Part shown: positions 46,797 through 57,359 of the stretch, piece by piece
Layout of the letters: every line of letters starts with the position of its first letter
Position numbering within the stretch: position 1 is the stretch's first letter
Origin: an uncultured Candidatus Saccharibacteria bacterium
GTDB taxonomy: Bacteria; Patescibacteriota; Dojkabacteria; SC72
Assembly (NCBI GenBank): GCA_964621195.1
Contig: CAZULJ010000001.1
Coordinates: 33,200-97,199 of the forward strand
DNA length: 64,000 nucleotides
Direction of reading: 5' to 3'
The notes under the pieces: model-generated
The model's database searches: none
Told to the model about the DNA's origin: nothing
Seen by the model: the letters and a program-made list of their open reading frames with translations, nothing else
Translations under genes and position numbers: made by a program

Positions 46797-47509
46797 TACC
46801 TTCTAGCTAATATTAAATATATAGTTGGTATATCTAAGATACGAATATCTTTTTTCATTCTCCAATCTTTTATACTCATTGTTTTAATACTCTCATTTGT
46901 ACCAGTTATATCTACAGCTAGTGTTAAGTCTGTATTTTGATTACATGATGCTAGAAGATCTTCAAAAAGCGACCTATTACGATATGGGGCTTCAATAAAT
47001 ATCTGAGTTTGATTCCTTCTTAAGGACTCCCTTTCTAGATTCTTTATCTTCTCCTTTCTCTTCTGAGGATCCCTAGGTAAATATCCTACAAAGGAAAAAG
47101 ATTGTCCATTCATTCCAGAAGCCATTAAGGAGAGGAGTATGGATGATGGGCCAACCATAGGTACTACAGTAATACCTAAGCGATGACACTCTCTTACAAC
47201 AAGGCTTCCAGGATCCGCTACTGCAGGTACACCTGCGTCACTCATTAAACCGACATCAAACCCAGCAATTAAAGGCTCTAAAAGAAATGGTAAGCCCTTA
47301 AGATTTGTATGCTCATCTAATATCCTCATATCTATATCTTGTATTACAAGATCAAGACCTTTTAAATATGATCTGGCAACTTTTGGTGTTTCAACTATTA
47401 AGTACTTCAACCCCTCTACTATCTTCAAATCAGATTGTTTAAGCTCATCCTTTAGTGGTCTCTTTGTTAAAGAGGTTGGTATTAAGTATAGTTTGCCACT
47501 CTTTTTCAT
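46796..47509 (-). CDS. RsmI-like SAM-dependent methyltransferase (tetrapyrrole methylase fold)
   Basis: GKLYLIPT, GLMSDAGVPAVADPG, VGPSSILLSLMASG, QIFIEAPYRN. Confidence 0.88.
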   Translation of the reverse strand: MKKSGKLYLIPTSLTKRPLKDELKQSDLKIVEGLKYLIVETPKVARSYLKGLDLVIQDIDMRILDEHTNLKGLPFLLEPLIAGFDVGLMSDAGVPAVADPGSLVVRECHRLGITVVPMVGPSSILLSLMASGMNGQSFSFVGYLPRDPQKRKEKIKNLERESLRRNQTQIFIEAPYRNRSLFEDLLASCNQNTDLTLAVDITGTNESIKTMSIKDWRMKKDIRILDIPTIYLILARR

Positions 47510-49317
47510 TAATATGTCCTTTCAAAATTCATATCAATATCACTAAGTTTCATTTTCCATACTGCAGGTCTACCATGAGGACAACTATATGGGTTATCAC
47601 ACTTTACTAATTTCTTGTAAATATCAAACATCTCCTCTCTATGCAATGATTGGCCACTACGCACACTACCGTGACAAGCCATAGTAGCATATATATCCTC
47701 TTTTAATCTTGCAATCTCTTTTGAAAGATTTCGAATATCATCGCTCAAGGAGAATATTTCATCAAAAAACTTCTTAAAATCAGTATTAACAAACTCCGAT
47801 GGAGAGGCAGATACAGAGATTCCATTCTCTTTAATTGTATATTCAAATCCCAAATCCATGAAGAATTGATTAAGCTCTTCCATTGCTAAAATCTCTACCT
47901 CTGACATTTCAATTTCAAAAGGGACTAAGAATTTCTGATTGGTACTTTCACCTGGCTTGCTCTTTTTCAATCTCTCAAAGGTAATTCTTTCCGCAGCAGC
48001 GTGTTGATCTATCACCCAAAGAATATCTTCCTCAAACTCAACAACAATATATTTATTAAATATCTGAAAAATATTCCTAATAGTTTTAAAATCTTCTTTT
48101 TGAACAAGGCTGGAGGTTGGAGTTCCCAAAAAATCTTCTTTTTGAACAGGAACATATTCATTTAAAGCCTCTCTACTAAATAGTAAGCTATCACGAACAG
48201 ACCCACTTGATTTCTCTTTGAAAGAGATATCTCTTGGTACATAAACCTTTGATTGGCTTGTATTGCCAATATTAGATACAGGTTCCTCTTTTCTGTAGGA
48301 AGTTGCTGATTCTACAGTCTTCTTTACTGCCTCTTCTACTGCAGAATATACCCTGAAAGGATTCAAAAATCTTACCTCCTCCTTTCTGGGGTGTACATTT
48401 ACATCAATTAGTTCTGGATTAATATCTAGCAAAACGACATATGGTATTTTCTCCCCATGAGGCATATATCTTTCCATTCCCTGATATACAGCCCTAGAAA
48501 TACCGAAGTCTTTTACAGGTCTCCTGTTTACAAATAGGTATTGGTGAGATGCTTTTTTTTGATGATCGGAAGGGTGTCCTACAAATCCAGAGATCTTAGT
48601 ACCGCTACCATGGTAGGAAAGTTTTAGAGATCTTTCTACGAATGTCTCTTTTAATATCTCCTTTAATCTTACTTTCTCTACGTTATTGGCTCTTGAATTA
48701 GGTATCTCATTTAAATCCAAAACAACTTTGGAATCCCTTTGTAAAACAAAGTGTATATTTGGATATATTAAAAAATATGGAAGTAATATTTCATATATTT
48801 TCTTGTATTCTGTTTGTGGTGATTTTAGGAATTTCTTTCTTGCAGGGATATTTTCAAAAATGTTGTTAACTAAAATTGATGTTCCCGATTCTCTTGCACT
48901 ACTTTTAACTTTGCTTTGAGTACCATTTGAATATGAGATTTCATTAGCAAGTTCTTCCCCTTCATATTTTGAAACAAGTCTTACAGATGATACCGACACT
49001 ATCGTAGACAATGCCTCACCTCTAAAACCCATTGTTAAAAGGTTGTTAAGATCTTCTAACGAAGAGATTTTACTGGTCGTATGTGCTTTAAATATATCTT
49101 CAATATTCTCTCTAGGAATACCAACACCGTTATCGCTCACCTCTATACTATCAATCCCCCCATTAACAACTTTCACTGTAATCTTGGTAGCACCAGCATC
49201 AATGCTGTTGTCAACCAGCTCTTTAACGACAGATGCAGGCCTTTCAATTACTTCACCCGCAGCAATTTGATTTACTAACTCTTGTGGTAACTTGTTTAAA
49301 ACGATTGGTTCACTCAT
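47509..49317 (-). CDS. mutL: DNA mismatch repair endonuclease MutL
   Basis: IAAGEVIERPASVVKELVDNSIDAG, GFRGEAL, DVNVHPRK, DQHAAAER, ACH, CPHGRP. Confidence 0.97.
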   Translation of the reverse strand: MSEPIVLNKLPQELVNQIAAGEVIERPASVVKELVDNSIDAGATKITVKVVNGGIDSIEVSDNGVGIPRENIEDIFKAHTTSKISSLEDLNNLLTMGFRGEALSTIVSVSSVRLVSKYEGEELANEISYSNGTQSKVKSSARESGTSILVNNIFENIPARKKFLKSPQTEYKKIYEILLPYFLIYPNIHFVLQRDSKVVLDLNEIPNSRANNVEKVRLKEILKETFVERSLKLSYHGSGTKISGFVGHPSDHQKKASHQYLFVNRRPVKDFGISRAVYQGMERYMPHGEKIPYVVLLDINPELIDVNVHPRKEEVRFLNPFRVYSAVEEAVKKTVESATSYRKEEPVSNIGNTSQSKVYVPRDISFKEKSSGSVRDSLLFSREALNEYVPVQKEDFLGTPTSSLVQKEDFKTIRNIFQIFNKYIVVEFEEDILWVIDQHAAAERITFERLKKSKPGESTNQKFLVPFEIEMSEVEILAMEELNQFFMDLGFEYTIKENGISVSASPSEFVNTDFKKFFDEIFSLSDDIRNLSKEIARLKEDIYATMACHGSVRSGQSLHREEMFDIYKKLVKCDNPYSCPHGRPAVWKMKLSDIDMNFERTY

Positions 49318-49364
49318 ACGAAATATTTTAACACAGATGAAAGATATTCTGTTAAAATCTACAA

Positions 49365-51332
49365 ATGATACAAGAGAAATTCATATTAAAATCAAAATAT
49401 ACCCCATCACCAGATCAAGAAAGGGTTATCTCAACTCTCAAGGAGAATATTACAGAGGGGAAAAAAGGGCAGGTCTTACTCGGTGTAACAGGCTCAGGTA
49501 AAACATTCGTGATGGCCAACCTTGTGAAAGAGCTTAACAGGCCTACTCTCGTACTTTCTCACAACAAAACCTTAGCTGCTCAGCTGTATGAAGAATTCAA
49601 GGAATTCTTCCCAGAAAATGCTGTTAAATATTTCGTATCCTACTATGATTACTATCAACCAGAGGCATATATTCCTGCTAGAGATTTGTATATTGAGAAA
49701 GAATCAGAGGTAAATGATGAGATAGAGAAACTGAGATTAAGTGCAATGAACGCTGCAAGAACAAGAAGAGATACCATAGTAGTAGCATCAGTATCTTGTA
49801 TTTACAATATTGGTAGTCCAGAAAACTATGAAAACAAGTCCATGGAGATTCTTGTTGGACAAAGTATAGATATTGCAAAGCTCTCCCAACAGTTATCCTT
49901 CCTAAGATATGAGAGAGAGTCTACAGACCTAATATCCGGGACATATCTTGTCAGGGGGGATACTATGGAACTCTTCATGCCATATGAGGAGTATCCTGTT
50001 CGTATAGAGTTTTGGGGGAATGAAATTGAGAAGATATCATATATTGAGCCGATATCTAAGCAGAAGATCTATGAGGTAGATAATCTGGACATCTTTCCTG
50101 CAACTCCACTTGTATATGATGCCGAAACTATGGCAAATGCGGTTAAAAATATAGAGGACGATCTAACTAAAAGGGTAACCTTTTTAAGAAATATTGGTAA
50201 GGAATTAGAGGCTCATCGATTAGAACAAAAGACAAGGTATGATATCGAAATGATGAGAGAGATCGGTTTTTGCAAAAGTATGGAGAACTATTCAATATAT
50301 TTTGATGGAAGGAGAAGTGGACAACCTCCATTCACTTTACTCGACTACTTCCCAGATGACTACCTTCTCTTTGTGGATGAATCTCATATTACAATCCCAC
50401 AGGTAGGTGGTATGTACAATGGTGATAGGGCAAGAAAAACCAATTTGATTGAACACGGTTTTAGATTACCAACCGCATATGACAACAGACCTCTGAATTT
50501 TGAAGAGTTTAGAAAGAAACAGGGCCAAACTGTATATTTTTCGGCTACACCAGATGAATGGGAGATAATCGATAGCAACAAAACTGTAGTAGAACTACTA
50601 ACAAGACCTACTGGACTTCTGGATCCTGAAATTACAGTTAGGAAAACAGAGAATCAGATCGATGATGTAATAAATGAGGTGAGAAAGAATATTGAAAAAG
50701 GAGAGCGAGTATTAATTACCACATTAACAAAGAGGATGTCAGAAGATCTAACGGAGTATTTAAAGGAATACGATATTAAGGTTGCATATCTTCACTCTGA
50801 TATAGATACTGTGGAAAGGGTAGATATCCTTCGTAATTTAAGACTGGGAGAATATGATGTTTTGGTTGGAATCAATCTTTTAAGAGAAGGTATCGATCTT
50901 CCAGAGGTATCTCTTGTTGTAATTCTTGATGCTGACAAGGAGGGATTCTTGCGCTCAAAGACTAGTCTTGTTCAGACAATTGGTAGAGCTGCAAGACATC
51001 TAAATGGAAGGGTAATTATGTACGCAGATAAAGAGACGGAAAGTATGAAATTTGCAATCGATGAGACAAATAGGCGTAGAACCTATCAATCAAAGTTTAA
51101 CAAAGAACACAACATTACACCCCAATCAATAAAGAAGGCGATAAGGGATAGATTAGTTGAAAAGGAAGATATTGAAAAGAAGAGTCTTGATATTGAAGTT
51201 GAGAAGTTAACGGAGAAGCAAAAGAAGTTACTAATAAAGGATCTAAGAGGGAAGATGATGTTAGCGGCTGATAACCTTCAATTTGAAAAGGCAGCAGAGA
51301 TAAGGGATAAGATAAAGGAATTAAACATCTAG
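49365..51332 (+). CDS. uvrB: excinuclease ABC subunit B
   Basis: GVTGSGKT, YYDYYQPEAY beta-hairpin, DESH, GINLLREG, QTIGRAAR, C-terminal UVR. Confidence 0.98.
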   Translation: MIQEKFILKSKYTPSPDQERVISTLKENITEGKKGQVLLGVTGSGKTFVMANLVKELNRPTLVLSHNKTLAAQLYEEFKEFFPENAVKYFVSYYDYYQPEAYIPARDLYIEKESEVNDEIEKLRLSAMNAARTRRDTIVVASVSCIYNIGSPENYENKSMEILVGQSIDIAKLSQQLSFLRYERESTDLISGTYLVRGDTMELFMPYEEYPVRIEFWGNEIEKISYIEPISKQKIYEVDNLDIFPATPLVYDAETMANAVKNIEDDLTKRVTFLRNIGKELEAHRLEQKTRYDIEMMREIGFCKSMENYSIYFDGRRSGQPPFTLLDYFPDDYLLFVDESHITIPQVGGMYNGDRARKTNLIEHGFRLPTAYDNRPLNFEEFRKKQGQTVYFSATPDEWEIIDSNKTVVELLTRPTGLLDPEITVRKTENQIDDVINEVRKNIEKGERVLITTLTKRMSEDLTEYLKEYDIKVAYLHSDIDTVERVDILRNLRLGEYDVLVGINLLREGIDLPEVSLVVILDADKEGFLRSKTSLVQTIGRAARHLNGRVIMYADKETESMKFAIDETNRRRTYQSKFNKEHNITPQSIKKAIRDRLVEKEDIEKKSLDIEVEKLTEKQKKLLIKDLRGKMMLAADNLQFEKAAEIRDKIKELNI

Positions 51333-51333
51333 T

Positions 51334-51783
51334 TTATATTTTCTCAAAATATAGCTGATATATAGCTCCTTCTTCTTGATCTATCACTCTCTCGAAAACT
51401 ATTCTATATTTACTCAATATACCCTTTTCAGTTAAAGGCATAATCTCAGACCTAAGTTCATCATAACTGTATAGTCTCTTTAGTAGGACTCTTGATCCAG
51501 ATTTATTCGTTAAAGCTTTTATACGCTCTTCAATCTCTGTAATTTCCTCTAAAGAATTAAGAAGAATGTAATCAAAAGTTTCTTCCTCTTCAACGCAATC
51601 AATATTTTCTAATGGTATATACTGAGCACCAAGCTCAGTAAATAATCCTTCAGAGTCAGTCTCCCAAGAAGCTACGAGATCTATAACTCTTTTACCTTCA
51701 AATTGATGCGTAGAAGATATAACAAGAGCTGGTTCTTTTGATTCACCGATCTCTAATTTAATATCCTGATTCTTTAAATCCAT
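51334..51783 (-). CDS. hypothetical protein
   Basis: 149-aa acidic ORF; no convincing motif. Confidence 0.55.
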   Translation of the reverse strand: MDLKNQDIKLEIGESKEPALVISSTHQFEGKRVIDLVASWETDSEGLFTELGAQYIPLENIDCVEEEETFDYILLNSLEEITEIEERIKALTNKSGSRVLLKRLYSYDELRSEIMPLTEKGILSKYRIVFERVIDQEEGAIYQLYFEKI

Positions 51784-51807
51784 AGGCTTATAATATCAAC
51801 TATCTAC

Positions 51808-51841
51808 AAAAAAATAAAAGGGGTAGTATTACCTACCCCTT
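51808..51841 (-). terminator. intrinsic terminator of the RRM gene
   Basis: AAGGGGTAG/CTACCCCTT hairpin followed by a U-tract on the minus strand. Confidence 0.8.
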
Positions 51842-51868
51842 CTAATTCAATTTCAGTTTCTTCAGGAA

Positions 51869-52189
51869 TTATCTGTAGAAGTCATCTCTTCTACCACCCC
51901 TGTCGTTACCTCTTCTGTCGTTTCTGAAACCACCATCCTCTCTAGGAGGCTTAGCAATAGAAACGTTGATAGCTCTTCCGTCAACCTCTTTACCATTTAA
52001 TTGGTCGATTGCTGCAAGTGCTAACTCTTCTGTAGCCATAGTAACAAAACCAAATCCCTTGGATCTGTTCTTGAACTTGTCTACAATAACCTTTGCCTCG
52101 ACTACTTCTCCAACTTGGGAGAAAAGTTCTAACAAAGACTCATCTGTGGTACCCCATGAAAGGTTTCCAACAAAAAGTTTGTTTTGCAT
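51869..52189 (-). CDS. RRM (RNP-1) RNA-binding protein
   Basis: KLFVGNL (RNP2), RSKGFGFV (RNP1), Arg/Gly/Asp-rich tail. Confidence 0.95.
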   Translation of the reverse strand: MQNKLFVGNLSWGTTDESLLELFSQVGEVVEAKVIVDKFKNRSKGFGFVTMATEELALAAIDQLNGKEVDGRAINVSIAKPPREDGGFRNDRRGNDRGGRRDDFYR

Positions 52190-52329
52190 TTATAAATAAA
52201 TAAAAAATAAAAAGACTACGGATAAGCACACCAGAAGGTAACCTACACAGGGTATTACTAATATAATACCTTTCTTAACATAGACACTTAATTATACCAT
52301 AAACTTTCAAAAGTAAATAATTATTACAA

Positions 52330-52358
52330 TTGCCTTTATGAAAGCATTTTGGTAGAAT
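52330..52358 (+). promoter_or_regulatory. sigma70-type promoter
   Basis: TTGCCT-N17-TAGAAT with extended TG. Confidence 0.55.
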
Positions 52359-52464
52359 AACAAGTTCTAAATTTCATTCTTCTACTAAAAAGTGGAAACA
52401 AGAGGTGAAGAACCTGAGCCTGGCGAAGGCTTAAATAGAAAAATTACTAAGAAAATAGAGAAAT

Positions 52465-52728
52465 ATGAGTATAAACTTGATATTACAAGTCTTGGGCTAC
52501 TTTGGCGTTGGCTTTTTAGAGATGTTTTTGGCCACCCAAAGAACCTATTGGATTTCAAAAGGCCGATCAAAAGGAGTGGCCCTCTTAGTATTTTTTGAAA
52601 ACTTTATCGCTTTCTATATTATCTATAACGTTGCAAACCACCTTGATGGTCAGTGGGGATTACTAGTCTCATACGCTTTTGGCAACGCGATCGGTACATA
52701 TATTAACCTTGAGAAAGTACCTTTTTAA
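52465..52728 (+). CDS. small membrane protein, DUF5698/DUF2179-like
   Basis: L.T.R...ISKG...A.L.FFE, YAFG.AIGTYI. Confidence 0.7.
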   Translation: MSINLILQVLGYFGVGFLEMFLATQRTYWISKGRSKGVALLVFFENFIAFYIIYNVANHLDGQWGLLVSYAFGNAIGTYINLEKVPF

Positions 52729-52792
52729 AGAATAATACCCCATAACAGTCGGTCACATCATAAGCTTAAATCTCTTGATATAATTCATCTCG

Positions 52793-53542
52793 ATGAGAAT
52801 AAAATATTTAATAAACAATGATCCAAGAGTTGAGGAGTTTAACAGCCTTGTTAAAAGTAAATTCCCACAACTTCTCACAGAGAAAGCCCCTGAAATATAC
52901 CTGGTAGCTGGGGGAGATGGAGCAATGCTTCATTTCATACATGAGACAATAGATACAGGTATTCCATATATCGGCAAAGCTATGGGAACTTTCAATTTTC
53001 TAATGAACAGAATAACTGATGATGAAAAAACAATAAATGATCTTCTAGAAGACAAAATCGATTTAGAAATCTTTAATTCATATGCAATAGAGGCCTCTTT
53101 AGATGGGGAGAAGCTTGGAGAAGCCGTAAATGATGTAATACTAGGAGACAAACTCACTGGATATCACACATTCAAAATATCTACAGAGAATGGAGACTTT
53201 GAGGAATTTGAAATAAAGGGGTCCGGAATATGCATAAGCACACCAATAGGATCTACAGCTTTCAATTTCAACAACAACGGAAGAATATTACCCCTAGACT
53301 CATGCCTACTCTCTATGACAGGTGTTGTATGTAATAGATATTTGAATGATATTTTTCCATTTCAAGAGATAAATATTGAGGCAAATGGGGCAAAGATATA
53401 TTTAACAAATGTTGAATCTAAGATCCTTTCGGAAGGATCCAAATTAACATTAAAAAAAGGTAGTAAAATTGGTATCACCTTTATTGACAAAGAGGATTTT
53501 TTAAAAAGAAGAAGAGATATTGCTCATAGATATAGGAAATAA
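52793..53542 (+). CDS. nadK: NAD(+) kinase
   Basis: GGDG, GTFNFL, AVND, STPIGSTAF. Confidence 0.85.
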   Translation: MRIKYLINNDPRVEEFNSLVKSKFPQLLTEKAPEIYLVAGGDGAMLHFIHETIDTGIPYIGKAMGTFNFLMNRITDDEKTINDLLEDKIDLEIFNSYAIEASLDGEKLGEAVNDVILGDKLTGYHTFKISTENGDFEEFEIKGSGICISTPIGSTAFNFNNNGRILPLDSCLLSMTGVVCNRYLNDIFPFQEINIEANGAKIYLTNVESKILSEGSKLTLKKGSKIGITFIDKEDFLKRRRDIAHRYRK

Positions 53543-53543
53543 T

Positions 53544-54605
53544 ATGAAAGATGTACAGCTAAGAAAAAACATAGAATTAAGCTACTTTAATTGCGAAGTT
53601 GCAATAAGGCCATTAATTGGTTCATTTGTAAGTAGACACAGTAGAATCTCAACGAAAGAAAAGGAGTTAATATCCTCAAGTATTAATAGATATAAAAATC
53701 TACTAATAGAAAATCTTACCGAAACAGGACAAGATAGTAAAGAGAAGATTGTGGGTATATTCAACAGATTCGAAAGGTATATAGAGAGGGAAATATCTAT
53801 TGCAGATAAAAGAGAAGACCTTGACCTCAAAAAGAGGTTCTATGAAACAATAATACATCTTAACGAGTTTATGTTTTTCACAAGTGCAGTAATTACAGGA
53901 TACTTAGTATCTCCCATCATTTCATATTCACCAGTTTCTGTACCAGTTCTTGGGCTTACAGGCCTACTCCTATATTTCCTAAACGAACTTACGGAATTAA
54001 CAAAGATACTTTCTTTAAATCCTAGAAAAACCTATGACTCAAAAGAGATTAACAAACCTAATGTAAAGAAATTAGACAACATAGTGAGCAGAATGACAGA
54101 TAAAGAAATAGTAAGGAAGATAAACAGACTTGAAAATATTCTACTCTCAACAGACCCAGAAAATACCCTCTCACTCAACGAGAGTCTACTTTTAGAAAGA
54201 CTTTACTTCAAGCAAATAGAGAATGGTGAGTTAAAGATATTAACAGATTCCCTGGAAAACAAAGATATAAAGAGAGGAATCTATTTACTAGAGAATCTAA
54301 TAAATGAGTATATAAAACTCTTTGTTTTAAGCCTATCTGCAGTTGATAGTAATCGACCAATACCCAAACCAATAAAGATTGTACATCGAATTTTTTCGAT
54401 AAAAGGTTTAACTAAGTTCGTTGGCTATGTTTTACTTAACTCGGTAACCTTTACCTTCTTTTACAACAGCTTTGAGAGTAATAAAGTAGTAATAATACTA
54501 ATAACCATACTACTAGCGATTGGTGCTTTTTACTTCATCTCTCTTTTAGAAAAAGAGTTTACAAAAGAGATATCGAAGCTTTTGGAAAAAATACAGAAGA
54601 GATAA
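53544..54605 (+). CDS. hypothetical membrane protein
   Basis: ORF with two hydrophobic hairpins; ATG 53544 directly after the nadK stop. Confidence 0.6.
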   Translation: MKDVQLRKNIELSYFNCEVAIRPLIGSFVSRHSRISTKEKELISSSINRYKNLLIENLTETGQDSKEKIVGIFNRFERYIEREISIADKREDLDLKKRFYETIIHLNEFMFFTSAVITGYLVSPIISYSPVSVPVLGLTGLLLYFLNELTELTKILSLNPRKTYDSKEINKPNVKKLDNIVSRMTDKEIVRKINRLENILLSTDPENTLSLNESLLLERLYFKQIENGELKILTDSLENKDIKRGIYLLENLINEYIKLFVLSLSAVDSNRPIPKPIKIVHRIFSIKGLTKFVGYVLLNSVTFTFFYNSFESNKVVIILITILLAIGAFYFISLLEKEFTKEISKLLEKIQKR

Positions 54606-54609
54606 ATAC

Positions 54610-54680
54610 TTGCGGGACATAGACTCGAACTATGATTCACGGCTTCAAAGGCCGGTGTCCTACCATTAGACGATCCCGCA
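54610..54680 (-). tRNA. tRNA-Gln(TTG), CCA not encoded
   Basis: Minus: TGCGGGA acceptor/TCCCGCA, anticodon loop CT-TTG-AA in CGGC/GCCG stem, AGTTCGAGTCT T-arm. Confidence 0.93.
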
Positions 54681-54735
54681 AAAGCAAACTATTATATCAT
54701 TAACATATTCAATCTTAAAACTCCGTTAAGAATAA

Positions 54736-55872
54736 TTGAAATCTTTAAACTTTAACAGTAACCTATTAAAGATGAAGATATCTCCAAGAAAGAAAAGAAC
54801 AAAAAGCCCTGTAATTATGCCGAAAGGTTCTACTAAAAGAATCAACATTGTAAAAAGAAAAAAGAAATTTCAATTACCACAGATATTTTCCAAAAAGAAT
54901 AACAAATACAACAGGAGAGCATCACATAGTATAAATTACAAACTCTTAGCGATTCCAGTACTAGGTATTCTCTTTTTGGTATTAGTATACATATCAATTA
55001 GGTATATTACCTTTATAAGAAGTAATGCATTTGATGAAGAGGCATATATAGTTGGTGATGTTGTAGGACTAGAAGAAATACCTGAATATCCTGGCTCCGA
55101 ATTTATCTTCAAAAACAACTTAGAAGACCCTGTTGTTAAAGAGTTCCTTGCATCAGGCAATTCTGCATACAGGCTCGTAGAAAGCACATCGATCGAAGAA
55201 ATTGAAAGTTACTACCAAAGTGAACTACCCAGTAAAGGATGGGAGCTTGCAAATCAGGTGCCACTTGGTACAGAGGACAAGAAGTATGGTCAATATTGGA
55301 TTAAAGATGGACTGGGACTTAGGATATACTCAAAGTTTAAAGATATTTGGTATGAGACTATAACAGAAGAAGAGGCAAAGACAGCACTTGCAAACCGTGT
55401 ACAAGAAGAAATTGAAAGAGAGATGCTAATGGCAAGTAGTGAGAAACAAGACTTACTACCCGATTATCCTTGGAAAATACAAATACCAAAGGAGTATATA
55501 ATTAAATATAGTGCTACAGATATTAAAGATTACAGAGCAGTATCTTTTCAGAAATTAGGCAGCAATGAGATTGTGGAACTATATCCCGTTGCTAAGTTGG
55601 GTAGTAAAGCATTAGATTACCACTTAGAGGATTACTGTAAAAAGAAAAGTACAGAGGATAAATCCTACTCCATTATCAATACCTTCCCTGTATCTTTTAG
55701 AGACTCTTTGTCTCTTAAAGGTAGCATTACAAACGGGGAGAACAGTTTAGAGGTATATGTTTTAACAAATAGCTTTAACAATACAGTATATGTACTCTCA
55801 TCTACCCAGCAAAATGACCCACTTCTGGGATATATATTCGAGAATATTAAACCAATGGGTAGCAAAGATTAA
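54736..55872 (+). CDS. hypothetical bitopic membrane protein
   Basis: Lys/Arg-rich N-terminus, one TM, IPEYPGS...YYQSELPSKGW extracellular domain; start uncertain (TTG 54736 or ATG 54772). Confidence 0.65.
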   Translation: MKSLNFNSNLLKMKISPRKKRTKSPVIMPKGSTKRINIVKRKKKFQLPQIFSKKNNKYNRRASHSINYKLLAIPVLGILFLVLVYISIRYITFIRSNAFDEEAYIVGDVVGLEEIPEYPGSEFIFKNNLEDPVVKEFLASGNSAYRLVESTSIEEIESYYQSELPSKGWELANQVPLGTEDKKYGQYWIKDGLGLRIYSKFKDIWYETITEEEAKTALANRVQEEIEREMLMASSEKQDLLPDYPWKIQIPKEYIIKYSATDIKDYRAVSFQKLGSNEIVELYPVAKLGSKALDYHLEDYCKKKSTEDKSYSIINTFPVSFRDSLSLKGSITNGENSLEVYVLTNSFNNTVYVLSSTQQNDPLLGYIFENIKPMGSKD

Positions 55873-57344
55873 GAGATCTTCTCCTTTACTAACTTGGCAA
55901 GTGATTCACTTTTCAAAACATTTGTAATATCAGACATCGATGCCTTCCGTAGTGATTCAATACTACCGAATTTCTCCTTAAGTAATTTCTTTTTCTTTGG
56001 GCCAATACCTTTTATATCATCTAATACTGATCTTTTTGAAACTTTTATAGATTGTCTTCGATAGTGTGATATTGCAAACCTATGTGCTTCATTCCTTAAG
56101 TCTATTAATATCTCGGGAGTATCAATATTTATTCTTAAAATATCTCCTTCTTTTACAAACCAAAATTCATCAACCTTCCTACCACCAGATCTTTTTAGAT
56201 GCTTACCCTTTGATATCCCCATCAATGCAATATCTTTTGGTACATACTCCCTTACAACTGACAGTTGGGAGATCCCACCATCTATCAATATTACATCTGG
56301 CTTTACAGTCAAACTCTCATCAATATCGATACCTATATTTTTGATTCTTCTTAATAGAACCTCTTTCAACATTCCGGGATCGTCAGGAGTATCCTTACTC
56401 TTTATTTTAAAGATTCTGTAATCAGATCTTTTAAGCTGACCATCTAAAGCAACCACCATAGATCCATATGCATTCTTGCCCTGCATGTTTGAAATATCAT
56501 AGCACTCAATTCTGCGCATACTCTTTATACCAAGTTCGAGAGCCAAGGAGTTAAAACTTTTAATTCTAGCCTTCTCTCTTTTACTCTGATAACTTTCTGT
56601 ATCGTCGTAATAGGTGAAATCTATAGCTTCACCTATATATCTTAAGTCATTTATACGATCTCTTAACTGTGCTGCTTTTTCGTAATTTTCCTCGGAGGAA
56701 AGTTTAATCATTTCCTTCTCAAGTCTTTTAATATGGTTACTTTGTCTACCGTTAAGGAATTTAACTATATTATTAATGTTCTCTCTGTATTGTTCAGATG
56801 TTATAGCTCCTGCATATGGACCTGGGCAAAGACCAATATGGAAATCAAGGTTGTTTCTACAATCTTTATCCTTACATGTACAGAATGGATATATCCTTCT
56901 GAGATATTTATATACCCTCTTTATTGTATATCCGCTTGGATATGGTCCAAACATCTGCCCCTTTTTATATTCTCCCTTTTTTAAACTTCTAACGATTTTT
57001 ACTGTGGGAAATTCCTCTTTGGTGGATATATATATCCATGCATATGATTTATCATCCTTAAGATCGGAATTAAAGGGTGGATTGTGCTCCTTAACTAAAG
57101 CAGATTCCAATATTAATGCCTCTATCTCATTATTTGTCTCTTGAATATCCAAATCCGCAACAAGAGGCATCATCTGCCTTATCCTTGGCCTATCGAAATG
57201 CTCCTCACGAAAGTATGAGGATACCCTAGATTTTAGATTTACGGCCTTTCCGATATACAAGATCTCTCCCTTGTTATTTAGGAACTTGTATATACCTGAG
57301 GTATTGGGTAAACTCTCAATCTTGGTTTTTAAAATATGTGTCAT
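55869..57344 (-). CDS. uvrC: excinuclease ABC subunit C
   Basis: GIY-YIG (GIYKF...LYIGKA..LK.RV.SYF), UVR, RIECYDIS, LIDGG, RNEAHRFA, HhH. Confidence 0.96.
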   Translation of the reverse strand: MTHILKTKIESLPNTSGIYKFLNNKGEILYIGKAVNLKSRVSSYFREEHFDRPRIRQMMPLVADLDIQETNNEIEALILESALVKEHNPPFNSDLKDDKSYAWIYISTKEEFPTVKIVRSLKKGEYKKGQMFGPYPSGYTIKRVYKYLRRIYPFCTCKDKDCRNNLDFHIGLCPGPYAGAITSEQYRENINNIVKFLNGRQSNHIKRLEKEMIKLSSEENYEKAAQLRDRINDLRYIGEAIDFTYYDDTESYQSKREKARIKSFNSLALELGIKSMRRIECYDISNMQGKNAYGSMVVALDGQLKRSDYRIFKIKSKDTPDDPGMLKEVLLRRIKNIGIDIDESLTVKPDVILIDGGISQLSVVREYVPKDIALMGISKGKHLKRSGGRKVDEFWFVKEGDILRINIDTPEILIDLRNEAHRFAISHYRRQSIKVSKRSVLDDIKGIGPKKKKLLKEKFGSIESLRKASMSDITNVLKSESLAKLVKEKIS

Positions 57345-57359
57345 ATACCATATTATACC

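Noticed and set aside
52407-52432. TPP riboswitch (GAACCUGA...GCGAAGG resemblance)
   Set aside because: No UGAGA pyrimidine-sensing element, no proper P5 loop or P1, and no thiamine gene downstream.
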